Source: Squalus acanthias (lineage: Eukaryota). Taken from it: a stretch of DNA of 64,000 nucleotides. Position 1 is the stretch's first letter. Every line of letters begins with the position of its first letter. The stretch spans positions 143,842,001-143,906,000 of the forward strand of contig CM059432.1 of the NCBI GenBank assembly GCA_030390025.1, written 5' to 3'. The translations under genes were made by a program, and so were the position numbers. Shown piece by piece: positions 1-12,539 of the stretch. The notes under the pieces are model-generated. The model was not told the DNA's origin. It worked only from the letters and a program-made list of their open reading frames with translations, and did not search any database.

Positions 1-694
1 CATTGTTGTTGTTGTTTTGTGTTTCAAAACTCCTACAGGACATCACGAGTGGGAACAGCAAACTGTGGGCCGTACTCCTACTCATGTCACTGAACAGAAG
101 TCATGCACAGCGTGAATTCTACAAAAACTGTATGCGTCCAGGTTCCCTCAACTGATAGCTCTGCAACTGAATGACACAACGGTGACAGACACGCCAAAAA
201 CACATTTATTTTATAACATTAGGATTCTGTGCAACTCAACAGGCTAGATTTCGGTTTTCAGTTCGAAAATGTAAATGCATTGTAGAATAACGTTTAAATT
301 CCTTGGAATTTTCCTGGCTCTAAGTAGCTTGTCAATGTAAGAATTCAAATTGCACAACAGTCAAATAAGATCAGCTTTCAACTTCTTCAACGGGTTCATC
401 GGGGAACGTGATACTCAGCCAGCCAGACACCTCGGATTGACCCCGCAGCTCTAGTTATGATGAGGCTTCAATTGGCCACAGCCTCCAAGCTTTTTTGGGG
501 GGGGGGGCGGGGGGAAGAAAGAGAAGAGGAACACAGCCATGGCTCAGTCTCTACTGCTATTTGGCAGCCTGTACTCAAAAGTATACCTGCATAGCCAAGA
601 TAAGGCCTATCAGTGATGACCTCCAAGATTAAAGAGCCTGCCGACCCTCAAAGTTGAAGGACAGTGGAAGTTAAATTGCACAATTTTATTACAA

Positions 695-910
695 TAGAAT
701 TACATAGAGTCTACAGCACAGATACAGGCCATTCGGCCCAACAGGTCCATGCTCCATACGAGCCTCCTCCCACCCCTCTTCTTCACACTCTATCAGCATG
801 TCTTTTTCTATTCCTTTATCCCTCATACACTCATCTAGCTTTCCCTTAAATGCATCTATGCTATTCGCCTCAATTACTCCTTGTGGCAGCGAGTTCCACA
901 TTCTCAGCAC
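695..910 (-). mobile_element. CR1 LINE 3' fragment
   Basis: ORF 689-910 gives WNSLPQGVIEANSIDAFKGKLD (CR1 ORF2 C-terminus), followed by a CR1-type 3' UTR. Confidence 0.8.
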
Positions 911-1262
911 TTGTTTTGCTCACTTATTTTTGTACACTTCTGAAATTCCCCAGTTACATCTCAAGCAAAACAAAGTTCTGAGTTCAGTCTAGATTTCAGC
1001 ATCAGTGCAACTAACCGTGAAAGACCTAAAACAATGACATTTGTAAAGTAATGCAATTTTCACATTTTTGAAATGGCATCCATGATTGACATTTACTAAC
1101 CATTAGATGTCTCAACTAGTGTTATTAATCACTGTTATAACTAACAGTAAAAGGAAATTCAATAAGCTATTAAGGGGCATCAAAACTTTTGCAAGCAAGA
1201 GAAACACAAGATTTAAAGCGGAAAACAGATAATAGATGCATTCAGAAAGTAGCAATTTTACG

Positions 1263-1965
1263 AACATAAGAAATAGGAGGAGGAGTAGGCCAAATGGCTC
1301 CTCAAGCCTGTTTCGCCATTCAATAAGAGCATGGCTGATCTTCAACCTCAACTCCACCTACCTGCCCTATCCCCATATCCCTCGATTCCGCTGAAGTCCA
1401 AAAGTCTATCTCAGCCTTGAATATACTCAACGACTAAGCATCCACAGCACTTTGGGGTAGAGAATTCCAAAGATTCACAACCCTCTGAGTGAAGAATTTC
1501 CTCCTCATCTCAGTCTGAAATGGCCGACCCCTTATCCTGAGACTATGCCCCCTGGTTCTAGACTCTCCATGATGCGGAGATGCCGGTGTTGGACTGGGGT
1601 GGACAAAATTGAGAGGTCGCACAACACCAGGTTATAGTCCAACAGTTTTATTTTAAATCACAAGCTTTCGGAGTTACAACTCCTTCGTCAGGTCACCTGA
1701 CGAAGGAGTTGTAACTCCGAAAGCTTGTGATTTAAAATAAAACTGTTGGACTATAACCTGGTGTTGTGCGACCTCTCAATCTAGACTCTCCAGCCAGAGG
1801 AAACAACCTCTCAGCATCTATCCTGTCAATTCCCCTCAGAATCTTGTATGTTTCAATGAAGATCACCTCTTATTCTTCTAAACTCCAGAGTGTATAGGCC
1901 CAATCTACTCAACCTCTCCTCATTAGGACAACCCTCTCATCCCAGGGATCAATCTAGCGAACCTA
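1263..1965 (-). mobile_element. CR1 LINE 3' fragment interrupted by a PLE-derived insertion
   Basis: ESRTRGHSLRIRGRPF..FFTQRVVNLWNSLP motif; tail reads AAGAACATAAG-like on +; the sequence resumes after 1781. Confidence 0.85.
1570..1780 (-). mobile_element. Penelope-like element (pLTR-derived) short insertion with inverted duplication and hammerhead-like motif
   Basis: 86-bp perfect inverted arms 1608-1693/1695-1780; CTGACGA-stem-GAAA core; duplication (T)CTAGACTCTCCA at 1557-1569 and 1780-1792. Confidence 0.75.
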
Positions 1966-2709
1966 AAAGATCAGAAAATAATTATGGATGAGGAAGACCA
2001 ATCGGCCCATCGTAATTTATGTATCCAGAGAGATCCTGAAGTACTCCCATTTCAGCATCCAACTGTTTCTTAAAAGATTCCAGGGGCTTCGGCCTCCACT
2101 GCTCTGCCTGGGGGCCAATTCCTCATGACGTGAAGAATCCCATGGCATCAATCCTAAATTTACCTTTTTCGAACTTGAACCTGCATCTTCTTGACCTACG
2201 CCCAGAAATTAATGCAAAGTTGTCTTCTGATGGGCAGAGTGGCCTCCTTCTGTGCAGTAAATTTCTATGATCCTGTGATGTATTTTTCCCACTTCCAAAA
2301 CTTGCATATCTCCAAGATCCACCTTTCAACGCTAAAAAGCCCATGTTTCTGCAGTCTTCTCTCATAACTTGGATCTCACTAGAGATCAGCCTCGTGACTC
2401 TCTGCTGTTTCAATGTCACCCTTGTATCGCTGTGGCCAGAAGTGGATACAGTCTGACCAGAGAGTTTGGTCAAAAATTAGTCTGACTTGCATTCTGCTGT
2501 GCTGGTTATGTTGTTCAACAGTCTGTTGGCTTTGCTGATTTCTGTTCTGCATTGGTTGGCTATGTTGAACAACAAGCCAACCAAGACTCAGAGGTCGTTT
2601 TCAGCTTTCGTCCTTGACTTTTTCCAATACTATTCAAAGAGCTTGTTTACTTATTGCCAGATTATCACTATTATTTCTTCGACTGCAATAGACTAGTCTA
2701 ACATTTAAC

Positions 2710-3190
2710 AGGCTGGAGCGCTTTTCTCTAAAAGAGAGACTACCAAGGGGTGACCTGATAGAGGTCTTTAAACATATGAAAGGGTTTGACAGGTTAGACG
2801 TAGAGAAGATGTTTCCACTTGCGGGGGAGACCAGAACTAGGGGCCATTAACAATGTTCCCGTTTAGCTGCACGCGCACCCAAAAAAAATTAGAGGGAACA
2901 TTGGCGATAAATAGAAGATAGTCACTAATAAATCCAATAAGGAATTCAGGAGAAATTTCTTTACCCAGGTGAGTGGTTAGAACGTAGAACTCGCTACCAT
3001 AAGGAGTAGTTGAGGCAAATAGCATAGATGCATTTAAGGGGAAGCTAGATAAACACATGAGGGAGAAAGGAATAGAAGGAAATGTTGATGGGATTAGATG
3101 AAGTAGGGTGGGAGGAGGCTCATGTGGAGCATAAACACCGGCATGGACCAGTTGGGCCGAATGGCCTGTTTCTGTGCTGTAAATACTACG
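2710..3190 (+). mobile_element. CR1 LINE 3' fragment
   Basis: GGTGACCTGATAGAGGTCTTTAA...TTTCCACTT...AACTAGGGG and CR1 3' UTR; matches other CR1 tails in the window. Confidence 0.75.
2851..2903. mobile_element. 53-bp hAT-like mini-MITE
   Basis: TIRs CAATGTTCCC/GGGAACATTG; degenerate 8-bp flanks GCCATTAA/GCGATAAA; interrupts a CR1 fragment. Confidence 0.6.
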
Positions 3191-5537
3191 CAATTTTAGA
3201 TGCAATGCATATGCTAAATAATTCAAAAGGAATTAAGTTTTGAACTTTAGCCAAGAGGCAAACTGGTGAGCAGGAATATATTGTAGAGGGAGAGAGTAAG
3301 CAGGGATACGCTTGTCAAATCCTTATCTTTTGTATAGAGACACCCCTATTAAAAGGCAAGAAAAACAGCTCACTAGGTCTTAGCACTTATTCTGCAGACC
3401 AACACCCAAGGCCGACCATATCGCCTTAATACTTGCTCATCTCTGCGAACACGAAGATTGTCGAAAAGCTACCAAACACATTTTCCATCTTTTCTAAGTC
3501 TGAAGAAGCGGACATTTGTGAAGAAGTGGTACGTACATGATCCACAGACATAAGGGTTTAAAAACTATTCACTGGCTGAATAAAAACTGCCCTTTCAATA
3601 CTGCATATATTTAACTTAAATAATTATATATCCATAAGGACTCCAGTGGGAGCTTTAGCAGATTCTCACTCCAGATATGTCAGAACTTAGTACAACACAA
3701 TAGAGATTAGTCTAAAATGTAATTTTTAAAACTAATCAAAATATTGAAACTTCCATGGTCAGAAATGTCCCATCAGTAGATCTGTCTTAAACAGGATACT
3801 AAGTAATGCACCCCACACTCAATAACCAGTCTATGCTGAATCAGCTGGGGTGACAGTCATGGGTGGCATAATTGGCTTCACTGCCCTTCTTACGGGGTGG
3901 GGGATGGAGAACTTAGGCTCTCTTAGGATTGCTATTCAATGGCTGCTATCAAGTGTGCACGTGTTGCCATCAAGGATAAGATTAGACTCATGGACCGAGT
4001 GAAATGAGTTTCCAAAGTCCTAACTCAATTTCTAGCATGCATGAACCCACAGCACAAAACGTCCACAGTTCAGCATTACACTGGAACGGCATTCAGCGGT
4101 CACGCGCTTAGCTAGAATGGAAGCAGTTGTCACACTAGTGCAACAGGGTCTGAAGTTGGGTCTCGAGCAACTTCTTGGAACAGAAGATGAAGCTTTATTC
4201 TGTACCGAGCTCATGCATTCTGCATCACCAGGAAGCGCTCGATATTGGCTACTTCGTGCAGAAATTCAATTTCTCAACACCATCATCTTCACTTGACTAC
4301 AAAAATTCACAAAAAATAAATTCTAAACATCAATAAACATCTAAACCCTATACTTTGCCAATTTACGATGCTGCACAGCAGCCATCCTTATGGCATGAGT
4401 GACACTGCCAATATAGGGTTATATTTTTACTATTCCCGCCCCCCTCCCCCCTCCCGTGGACTCGGACCCTGTGGGAACCACTCAAGACTGCTCAAAGTTC
4501 ATTTCAGCAGAGATTTTCACTTATCAGAATGAACACAATTCAAATCAAATTCAAAAGTTGAAAAGACAATATTGTGACTCATTGCACCACCCAAAACATG
4601 TGCTTACCAACCATTTCCACCACGGCGCCGCCCCCCTGCCCCGTGCCCCCCCATGGATTTAAGTCCAAATGCTTTCTCAATTTCCAAATGGATTCAAATT
4701 TCTCCCTGACCCATCATTCACATCCCCAAGGCTAATTCACCATTTGCTTTCCCTTGCATCATTGCCCAAATCAACAAATATTCAATATGATGCAAGGAAA
4801 ATGAGAAACACACCCACATCCTCCTATACAATAGCTTTTAACTGGATTGACTGGCACATCACATAGCATTTTCACTTAAATTCAGTCTCAAATGCAGCTC
4901 AAACTAGTTTGTGGTTATATAATGCCACGGAACGCGTAACAAAATCAACACAAGTATATGGCAACTCATGCAAAATGGAGTGTCACGGAAAATAGAAACA
5001 TCAAGTTGTGCTAGACTTAGGCAGACTTTGAGGTTCATCATGGGTAAGTGATGCTTATTCAAGTCTTTGCTATAGCCAACCTGGAAGTATGTCAGACTGC
5101 CACTGAGCAACAGAAGGAAAACATTTAGTCTGCCAAGCTTGTTATTCTTCTAGATCACTAAATATAAAGCAAGGTGGCCCCAACCAAAAAAAGATGCCTA
5201 GCAATCAATGGGAAATGTTCACTACTTCCCAGATAAGCAATCTCAATTGCAGTGGTTCAAAGAAGCTACTGATCACATTTTACTGTACGAGCTGCACTTA
5301 TTCCAGCTTTTCACCGAAACAAGCGCCCAAATGGTTCATGAAAAGTACCTCAAACAGAAACCATACTATGGTTTCAAGCATTCTAACTAACCCATCAAAA
5401 AAACACTCCAACAACTTGCATTTATATAGCGGCTTTAACCTTAGTAAAACCCACCTGATTCTAAGTTATACAATACCTCAAAGGCTTAACAGGAGTAACA
5501 GACGATGAATGTATTACTTTCCTTCCATTGCCACTTG

Positions 5538-5609
5538 TATACTAAGTCTACATACATGGCTATATACCAAGTCTACATACATGGCTATATACCAAGTCTA
5601 CATACATGG
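5538..5609. repeat. 25-bp minisatellite, ~3 copies
   Basis: TATATACCAAGTCTACATACATGGC repeated. Confidence 0.85.
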
Positions 5610-5644
5610 TTTTTAGTCCAAATACTGCAGTCACCATTTCCAAT

Positions 5645-5930
5645 TCAGAAGTCAGAAGATTGTGGGCTCAAGGCCCACTCTAGGACATGAACACATAATG
5701 CAGGCCAACACTCCAGTACTGAAGGAGTGCTGCGTTCAGAGGTGCTAGCCTTTGCATGATATGAAACTAAGGTCCCGCCTCCCTGCTCATACGTAGACAT
5801 TAAAAATCGTAGACACGACTGATATAGTAGGGAGCTCACCCAGTGTCCTAGCCAATATTTTTCTCCCAATCACCACCAAAGACAGATTAACTGGTCATTC
5901 ACCTCACTGCTATTTGCAGGATCTTGAAGT
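5645..5930 (+). mobile_element. Degenerate DeuSINE (SacSINE1/AmnSINE1-like)
   Basis: Similar to the better-preserved copies at 13160-13610 and 14170-14480. Confidence 0.55.
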
Positions 5931-6924
5931 GCAGTAAAATATGCTCTTCTTTTTACTTTAATAATCATAGATAGGCAGAACAGAGGAATCTAGACTGACA
6001 TCAGCTAACCAGGAAGTCCTTGACTAACAATAGATGCTCAAAATGCAAATGTTGCATTCCCCAGCAAAGATACCTCGCACTTTGATCGCCTGAGTTTGTT
6101 TTTAACAGTGAAACTTGCAACAAGAAATGAGTTCCAATCCGAAATCATGCCAACAGGAAGGAACCTCACAAGAGGCTAGATGTTTCCCCAAAGTGGGAAA
6201 GAAACCAGCTTTGATGGGCGTACTTAAGCCAATTCAAATCTAGCAGCTTGTAAATCAATTGCCCATCCCACATGGATTGATAGTGCAAGATGCAACAGAT
6301 GAGCAGAAAAAGAAAACACTTTGAAGACATGGTGCTGCAGCTGCAGCTGAACTGCTGATCTACCAGACATAATTCAAAAACCTACTTCCTGTACTTTATA
6401 CAGGTTTAGAAGTTTTTTTTAAAAAGCCTCCAAACCTACCTAGTGCTATCAATGGTGGAAACATTTTGCTACATACTTACACATATTACATACATATAAT
6501 CACAGAAATATGCTAAGTCAACCAAGAATATAGCAATTTGGTGAGTGACAAAAATCTGATGATCTTGCAAAACCTATGGCATAATTGTTCTGTCCAATGT
6601 CTGTTAACTGCATGAACTGGTATCACATCCTGTTCAACTAGACTAAAGTAAAAACCCACATCCACCTGAATTAAAGTTACATACACTGCAACCTGATAGG
6701 TCCCCTTTGAGCGCTGAAACACACTATCCTCTTGGGTAAAGAGCCTTCATCTACCTAACTTTAATATCTGTATTCTACAGTTTGCATTTACTAAAGTCAA
6801 AGTTTTTCACGCTTTCGGATGTAAAGTACAAGTTACATTGAAAAAATGAATGCAATAATTGCAACCACTTTAGTGATTGTGTTACACATTGAATCAGATT
6901 TCATATAAAACAACAAAAATGTTC

Positions 6925-7215
6925 TTTGACAGCACCTCCCAAACCTGTGACCTCTACCACCTAGAAGGACACCACCACCTCCAAGTTCCCCTCCAGGTCA
7001 CACACCATCCTGACTTGGAAATATATCACCGTTCCTTCATCGTCACTGGGTCAAAATCCTGGAACTCCCTCCCTAACAGCACTGTGGGAGTACCTTCTCG
7101 ACACGGGCTGCAGCGGTTCAAGGCAGTGGCTCACCACCACCTTCTCCGGAGCAATTAGGGATGGGCAATAAATGCTGGCCTTGCCAGCGGCGCCCACATC
7201 CCACGAATGAATTTT
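6925..7215 (+). mobile_element. 3' tail of the CR1/L2-clade LINE family also seen at 57250-60255
   Basis: GSKSWNSLPNS...RFKAVAHHHLL and tail GGGCAATAAATGCTGGCCTTGCCAGC. Confidence 0.75.
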
Positions 7216-7989
7216 AAAAAAATGGCAAACTAGAAATTTGTTTTTCCTCTTATCACATACAATGACTAATTCACAGATTAGCTAATTTTAAAGGTCTTCC
7301 TTTTTCAAGTCATGCCATTTTGAATGTCAGTGCTACTTTTAACTGCCATACAAAAAGGAGGCTTTAAGAATTCAACCAATTAATTAGAATATTTTGACAT
7401 AATTAACATTAAAAATTAGGGGTTCTGGAATCTCCACTTTAAAACCATAAATTGGACAATTAGTGCATATGTATTTTTACACTATGGTAATTAAAGACTT
7501 GTATGGTCATTGTTTATTTAGAGTTAGACTGGTGCTGCATGATAAAATTGATCAAAAAAATGAATTATTAAACAAGTGATCTGCATCACCTTAAGCACAA
7601 GGCTGATGTCTGAAAAGATTTGTAAACTTCCACTCCGAGGCCAGAAAACCAGTAACTACATCAGAATGGTAAAAGATTGCTTTTAGAGATAGGTAAACTT
7701 AAGGAAGTCACGTGGCTTGCCTTGTCTGAGACGCTTAGTTGAGGTTTCATAGCTCTGCAGCTCTCCACCTCCACAGAAGCCTACATTTACATTACTTGTG
7801 GGGAGGATATGGAATAGCGTTTAGAAATATATTTTGTGGATTCAATTCATATGGATTACCAATACAAGTAAACTGTGTATGGAAAGTTAGGTTTAAGCAT
7901 TACTTAAAGCTTCAAATTGATATCTTAGTACCCAATATACAGTATCTTTCATGATGCTTCTCTTATTTAAAGATTGTGGTGGAAATGGC

Positions 7990-8700
7990 AATTTCAAATA
8001 CGACTGCCATAAGAAATCTTTGAAGGTGACAGGACAAGTTGATAAGGCTTTTAAATAAGCGCACGGGATCCTTGTCTTTATAAATAGAGGGATAGAGCAC
8101 AGAAGCAAGGAAGTTTTACTAAACTTTTATAAATCACTGGTTAGGCCTCAGCTAGAGAGTGTTGTGTCCAATTCTGGGCAACGCACTTTAGGAAGGACAT
8201 CAAGGCCTTCGAGAGGATGCAGAAGAAATTTGCTAGAATGGTACCAGGTATGAGGGACTTCAGTTATGTGGAGAGACTGGAGAAGCTGGGATTGTTCTCC
8301 TTAGAGCAGGGAAGGTTAAGGGGAGATCTAATAGAGGTGTTCACAATTATGAAGGGTTTTGATAAAGTAAATAAGGAGAAACTGTTTCCACTGGCAGGTA
8401 GGTCAGTAACCAGAGGACACAGATTTAAGATAATTGGCAAAAGAACCAGCGGACATATGAGGAGAATTTTTAAATAACGCAGCAAGTTATGATCTGAAAT
8501 GCACCACCTGAAAGGGTGGTGGAAGCTAGCAGATTCAATAGCAACTTTCAAAAGGAAATTGGACATATACTTGAAAAGGAAAAATTTGCAGGGCTATGGG
8601 GAAAGAGCAGGGGAATGAGATTAATTGGATAGCTCTTTCAAAGAGCCGGCACAGATATAATGGGCCAAATGGCTTCCTTCTGTGCTGTAAGATTTTATGA
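7990..8700 (+). mobile_element. CR1 LINE 3' fragment
   Basis: ORF 8217-8477 ERLEKLGLFSLEQGRLRGDLIEVF; CR1 3' UTR. Confidence 0.85.
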
Positions 8701-9369
8701 ACAAAAAGAGAGTCAACGGTAATCCTACTAAATTTCTGCCCTTGAATTACAAGCAATGAGAACACCAAATGCTACTCGGCTTTAGTTTTGGTAACACAAA
8801 GAAATTGTTAACTACTGAAGATGCTTACTTTGTAGTAGATAAATGACATATTCCCTCCCAACCAAACGTTGAGATCTTAGTCAGCCATATTATTAAGTGA
8901 CTAACTCATTCACGAAATTTCAACAGGCTAGTTATTGCATAAGCTATTTAGTAAACTTCATGACTTGGGCTTTTTATAGATTTTCTGTAAAATCGTGCAT
9001 GTGGAAGAAAAAATTCTACTGTTAATAAAAAAAATCTATTTTAAATACGACAAATATTTTACAAACATCCGTGAGAAATTCAGACTTATTTTTAGAAAAC
9101 GCTTGCACATAAGGGAATTGGATAAATACTTGAAAGGGAAAATTTGGGGGGAAATTTGCGTGGCTGGGGACTAATGGGATAGTTCTTTCAAAAGAGCCAC
9201 CACAGGCACGATGGGTCAAATGGCCGCCTTCTCTGCTCGAGCTTCTCCTAAACACTCAACTTTGCACGATTAGCTGCTGGATTAAATTGTCCAGATAGAT
9301 CGAGAGCGCGAGTTATATTTTTTTAATGGGATTTTAAAACAGAAGTTAAGGGAGAAATCAGTAAATGCA

Positions 9370-10430
9370 GAGAGCCCCGGTGAAACAAGAGGCCGGGGGC
9401 GGAGGTTGGGTGGGTCCCTACCTCCCAACCCCGGGCCATTTAATGAGCAAGGAGGGAAGAGGCGAGAGTCGATGCAACTCGGCCACAAGCCGGGGTTAAT
9501 AAACTCTGCACAGCTGCCAAGACAGCTTCCCCCTCGGGCCCAGCCCTGCTCCCGCCGATGCTGAGGCGGGGGGTTTCCACTGGGGCCCACCCCGGGCTCC
9601 TGCCCATTCAGAAATCGCGGGGGCCCGGGCCCGGCCCCGGCCCAACCCTCCCCTCCCCCGGGAGCGCCAGCCGCTCAATGGCAAGCGGGAAGGGACGGGG
9701 GAAAACACCCAGGCCTAAAGGCGGGCCGGGCTCCCCTCCAAGCGTCGCTGAACTCCGGGTTTCTCCTCACATCCCGCCCCGGGGGGCTTGCGGCCCGGTG
9801 TCTGTCTGTCGGCTCCGGCACCACCTCCCTTTTTACCGAACGAAACCCCCATCGCAACCAACTCTCCGGTTTGCCTGGCCTGCTCCCAGCCATCCTCCTC
9901 CCCACCCCCCGGGACTCGAGTGGCGTCTCCCCGAGGCCGAGCTGCTAACGCCGGTACAACTCACCCATGCTGGCGGCTGAAGACCTGTCACAGCCCGACA
10001 TTGTGCTCTACATCACCGCCCGCCCCCAAACCTCGCGACAACTCCGCCCGCGAGATCTTGGTGTGCAGCGACGGCGGTGGGGTGGGAAAAGAGAATCGCG
10101 CGAGATTTCACCCTGGCAAAGCACGCTGGGGATTGTAGTGACCGGCCGGCCGGCCGGCTGGCGGACTACAACGCCCAGGGTTCCTCGCGGCGCGGCAGTC
10201 CGCCCTCGGTCCTGCTGCCCGCCAAATTCCGTTGCGGTGCGCCTGCGCGAAGGCTGGCGCGGCGTTGGGGGAGGACTCGACCACGCCTGCGCGCCACCTC
10301 TTGGTCGTCTTCAGGGACGAATGGCGGATTGACCAAAAGTCCCTCGCTCTCGTCGTGGGTGGTGAAAAGGAGAAAGAAACAACATCCATTTGGGAATCGT
10401 TGGCGCTCGCCCATCTCCCCTGGCGTTGCA
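9370..10430. promoter_or_regulatory. CpG island / promoter of the minus-strand gene, possibly bidirectional
   Basis: High GC and CpG density; ZNF143-like ACTACA-N2-(T/C/G)CCCA motifs at 10121-10139 (-) and 10165-10184 (+); NRF1-like GCGCCTGCGC at 10239-10248; TCGCGA-type motifs at 10031-10106. Confidence 0.85.
9965..10001 (-). CDS. SEPTIN7: Probable first coding exon of septin 7 (MSGCDRSSAASM + 1 nt, phase-1 intron)
   Basis: ATG with A at -3 inside a CpG island; 37 nt ending ATG G|GTGAGT (donor 9959-9964). This resembles my recollection of vertebrate SEPTIN7 exon 1 (MS...SA..SM), and SEPTIN7 is head-to-head with HERPUD2 in human. Gene identity is an inference. Confidence 0.6.
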
Positions 10431-10499
10431 CAAGAAATCAGATTTTGATATTCACTCTGTACAATGCACCCTGGTTGCGTTATTGTGGTATTGAAGAAG

Positions 10500-11715
10500 T
10501 AGTAACTGGAATATCTGTGGCGCCTTTCACCACCTCAGGATGTCCCAAAGCGCTTCACAGGCAATGAAGTACTCTTTGAAATGCAGTAATGTTGGAAACG
10601 CTGCAGCCAATTGCCCACAGCAAGCTCCCGCACACAGCAATGAGATAATCCTCGGGAGCCTACTGTCAACAAGGGCAGACGTCGATGACGAAGTCCAACA
10701 CCGCCTTCAGTGTGCCAGTGCAGCCTTCGGTCGCCTGAGGAAGAGAGTGTCTGAAGACCAGGACCTCAAACCCGGCACTAAGCTCATGGTCTACAGAGCA
10801 GCAGTGATACCCGTCCTGCTGTATGCCTCAGAGACATGGACCATGTACAGCAGGCACCTCAAAGCACTGGAGAGGTACCACCAACGCTGCCTCCGCGAGA
10901 TCCTGCAAATCCATTGGCAGGATAGGCGCACCAACGTCCGTGTTCTCGCTCAAGCCAACATCCCCAGCATCGAAGCTTTGACCACGCTCGGTCAGCTCCG
11001 ATGGACGGGTCACATCGTCCGCATGCCCGATACGAGACACCCAAAACAAGCGCTCTACTCGGAGCTCCGACATGGCAAGAGAGCCCCAGGTGGGCAGAGG
11101 AAGCACTTCAAGGACACCCTCAAAGCCTCCTTGAAAAAGTGCAACATTCCCACCGACACCTGGGAATCCCTGGCCCAAGACCGCACAAAGTGGAGGAGAA
11201 ACATCCGGGAAGGTGCCGAACACCTCGAGTCTCTTCGCCGGGAGCAAGCGGAAGCAGCGCAAGGAGCGGACGTCAACCCAAGCACCACACCCACCCGCCC
11301 CTTCAACCACCGTCTGCCCCACCTGTGACAGAGACTGTAGGTCCTGCATTGGACTCATCAGTCACCTGAGAACTCATTTTTAATGTGGAAGCAAGTCATC
11401 CTCGGTTCTGAGGGACTGTCTAAGAGAGAATGACCAGATAATCTGTTTTGGTGATGTTAATTGAGGGATAAATTTTGTCCAGGACACTGGGGAGAATTCC
11501 CCAGCTCTTCTTCGGAATTGTGCCATGGGATCTTTTACGTCCACCTGAGAGTACAGACAGGGCCTCCGTTTAACGTCTCATTTGAAAGATGGCACCTCCG
11601 ACAGTGCAGCCCTCCCTCAGCACTGCACTGGGAATGTCAGCCTGGATTATGGGTCTGGAGTGAGGCTCGAACACACAACCTTCTGACTCAGGCAAGAGTA
11701 CAACTACTGAGCCAC
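10500..11715 (-). mobile_element. DeuSINE split by an RTE LINE insertion
   Basis: SINE tail at 10500-10648 and body/tRNA head at 11428-11715 are collinear with the intact copy at 13160-13610. Confidence 0.7.
10649..11425 (+). mobile_element. RTE-clade LINE 3' fragment
   Basis: LGSLLS..ASAAFGRLRKRV..KLMVYRAAVIPVLLYASETW..LRWTGHIVRMPDTR; C-terminal CPTC..C..HLRTH. Confidence 0.85.
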
Positions 11716-12539
11716 GACTGACACTTAGTGGTTTAGTCTTATTGAGTGGTTGGGGCTGTGAATGACCCTGTAGATTAATTCCAAGTAGTGGTGACACTGT
11801 TACTGTATATGGCTGCACTCACCTACCCAGTCAGTGCCTGCTGGGTCTTTGCTGTGATGCTAGGTCTTTGACAGTTACCCTGTTTGATTGTGGTGGAGCC
11901 CAGACAGTCCAGATGCTTGGCAATGTGACCAATATGCGGCTACTTTTGATATGCCAGCCAACACCTAGTGGTGGGACAGAGACTGGGACCAGATCTTGAA
12001 GGAATTTCTCGTGGCTTAGCCTCAGACAGTACATGATTTTCTCACACCAGGCTATCTTTCGTAGTGCCACAATCTGCAATGATGGAGGTGAGACAGTTGC
12101 CATCATCTCAATGGGATACACTGTTGGACTGTGGTGAGGATGAACCCCAAGAATTTTGTGAATGTCCAGGAAGTATGGAGAATTGTGCCTTCATTTCCAC
12201 ATGATTCCAGGTTTCCACCTGTGCAGGTGGGCAGATTTATTTTATTTTATTAACACTGTGTGCACTGTTTCCCAAAGGGGTCCCAATTCTATCTGACATG
12301 TTGAGCCCAGGGTTCTTTCCCACACTATTTTTGATGCATTTGTATTTTCTGGGCACAAGGGGGATCAGGTTTCATATACCCTTGAAATTAGTTTCACTGA
12401 GTCTCTGTTGGCCAGGAAGAAGGTTTCTAGGATTGAGTTGGCCTGATGACTTTGGCCCAGTTGGCAGGCACGGTCAGTTAGGAAGTGTTTCATTTGTAGA
12501 TACTGAAAGCTGTCATTCTGGTGGATCTGGAATTCACTT

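Noticed and set aside
1..9958. Downstream SEPTIN7 exons or a micro-exon
   Set aside because: No convincing septin-coding sequence or well-flanked micro-exon could be identified by eye.
9282..10567. Many overlapping 70-140 aa ORFs
   Set aside because: Expected from stop-poor GC-rich CpG-island sequence; no recognisable domains.
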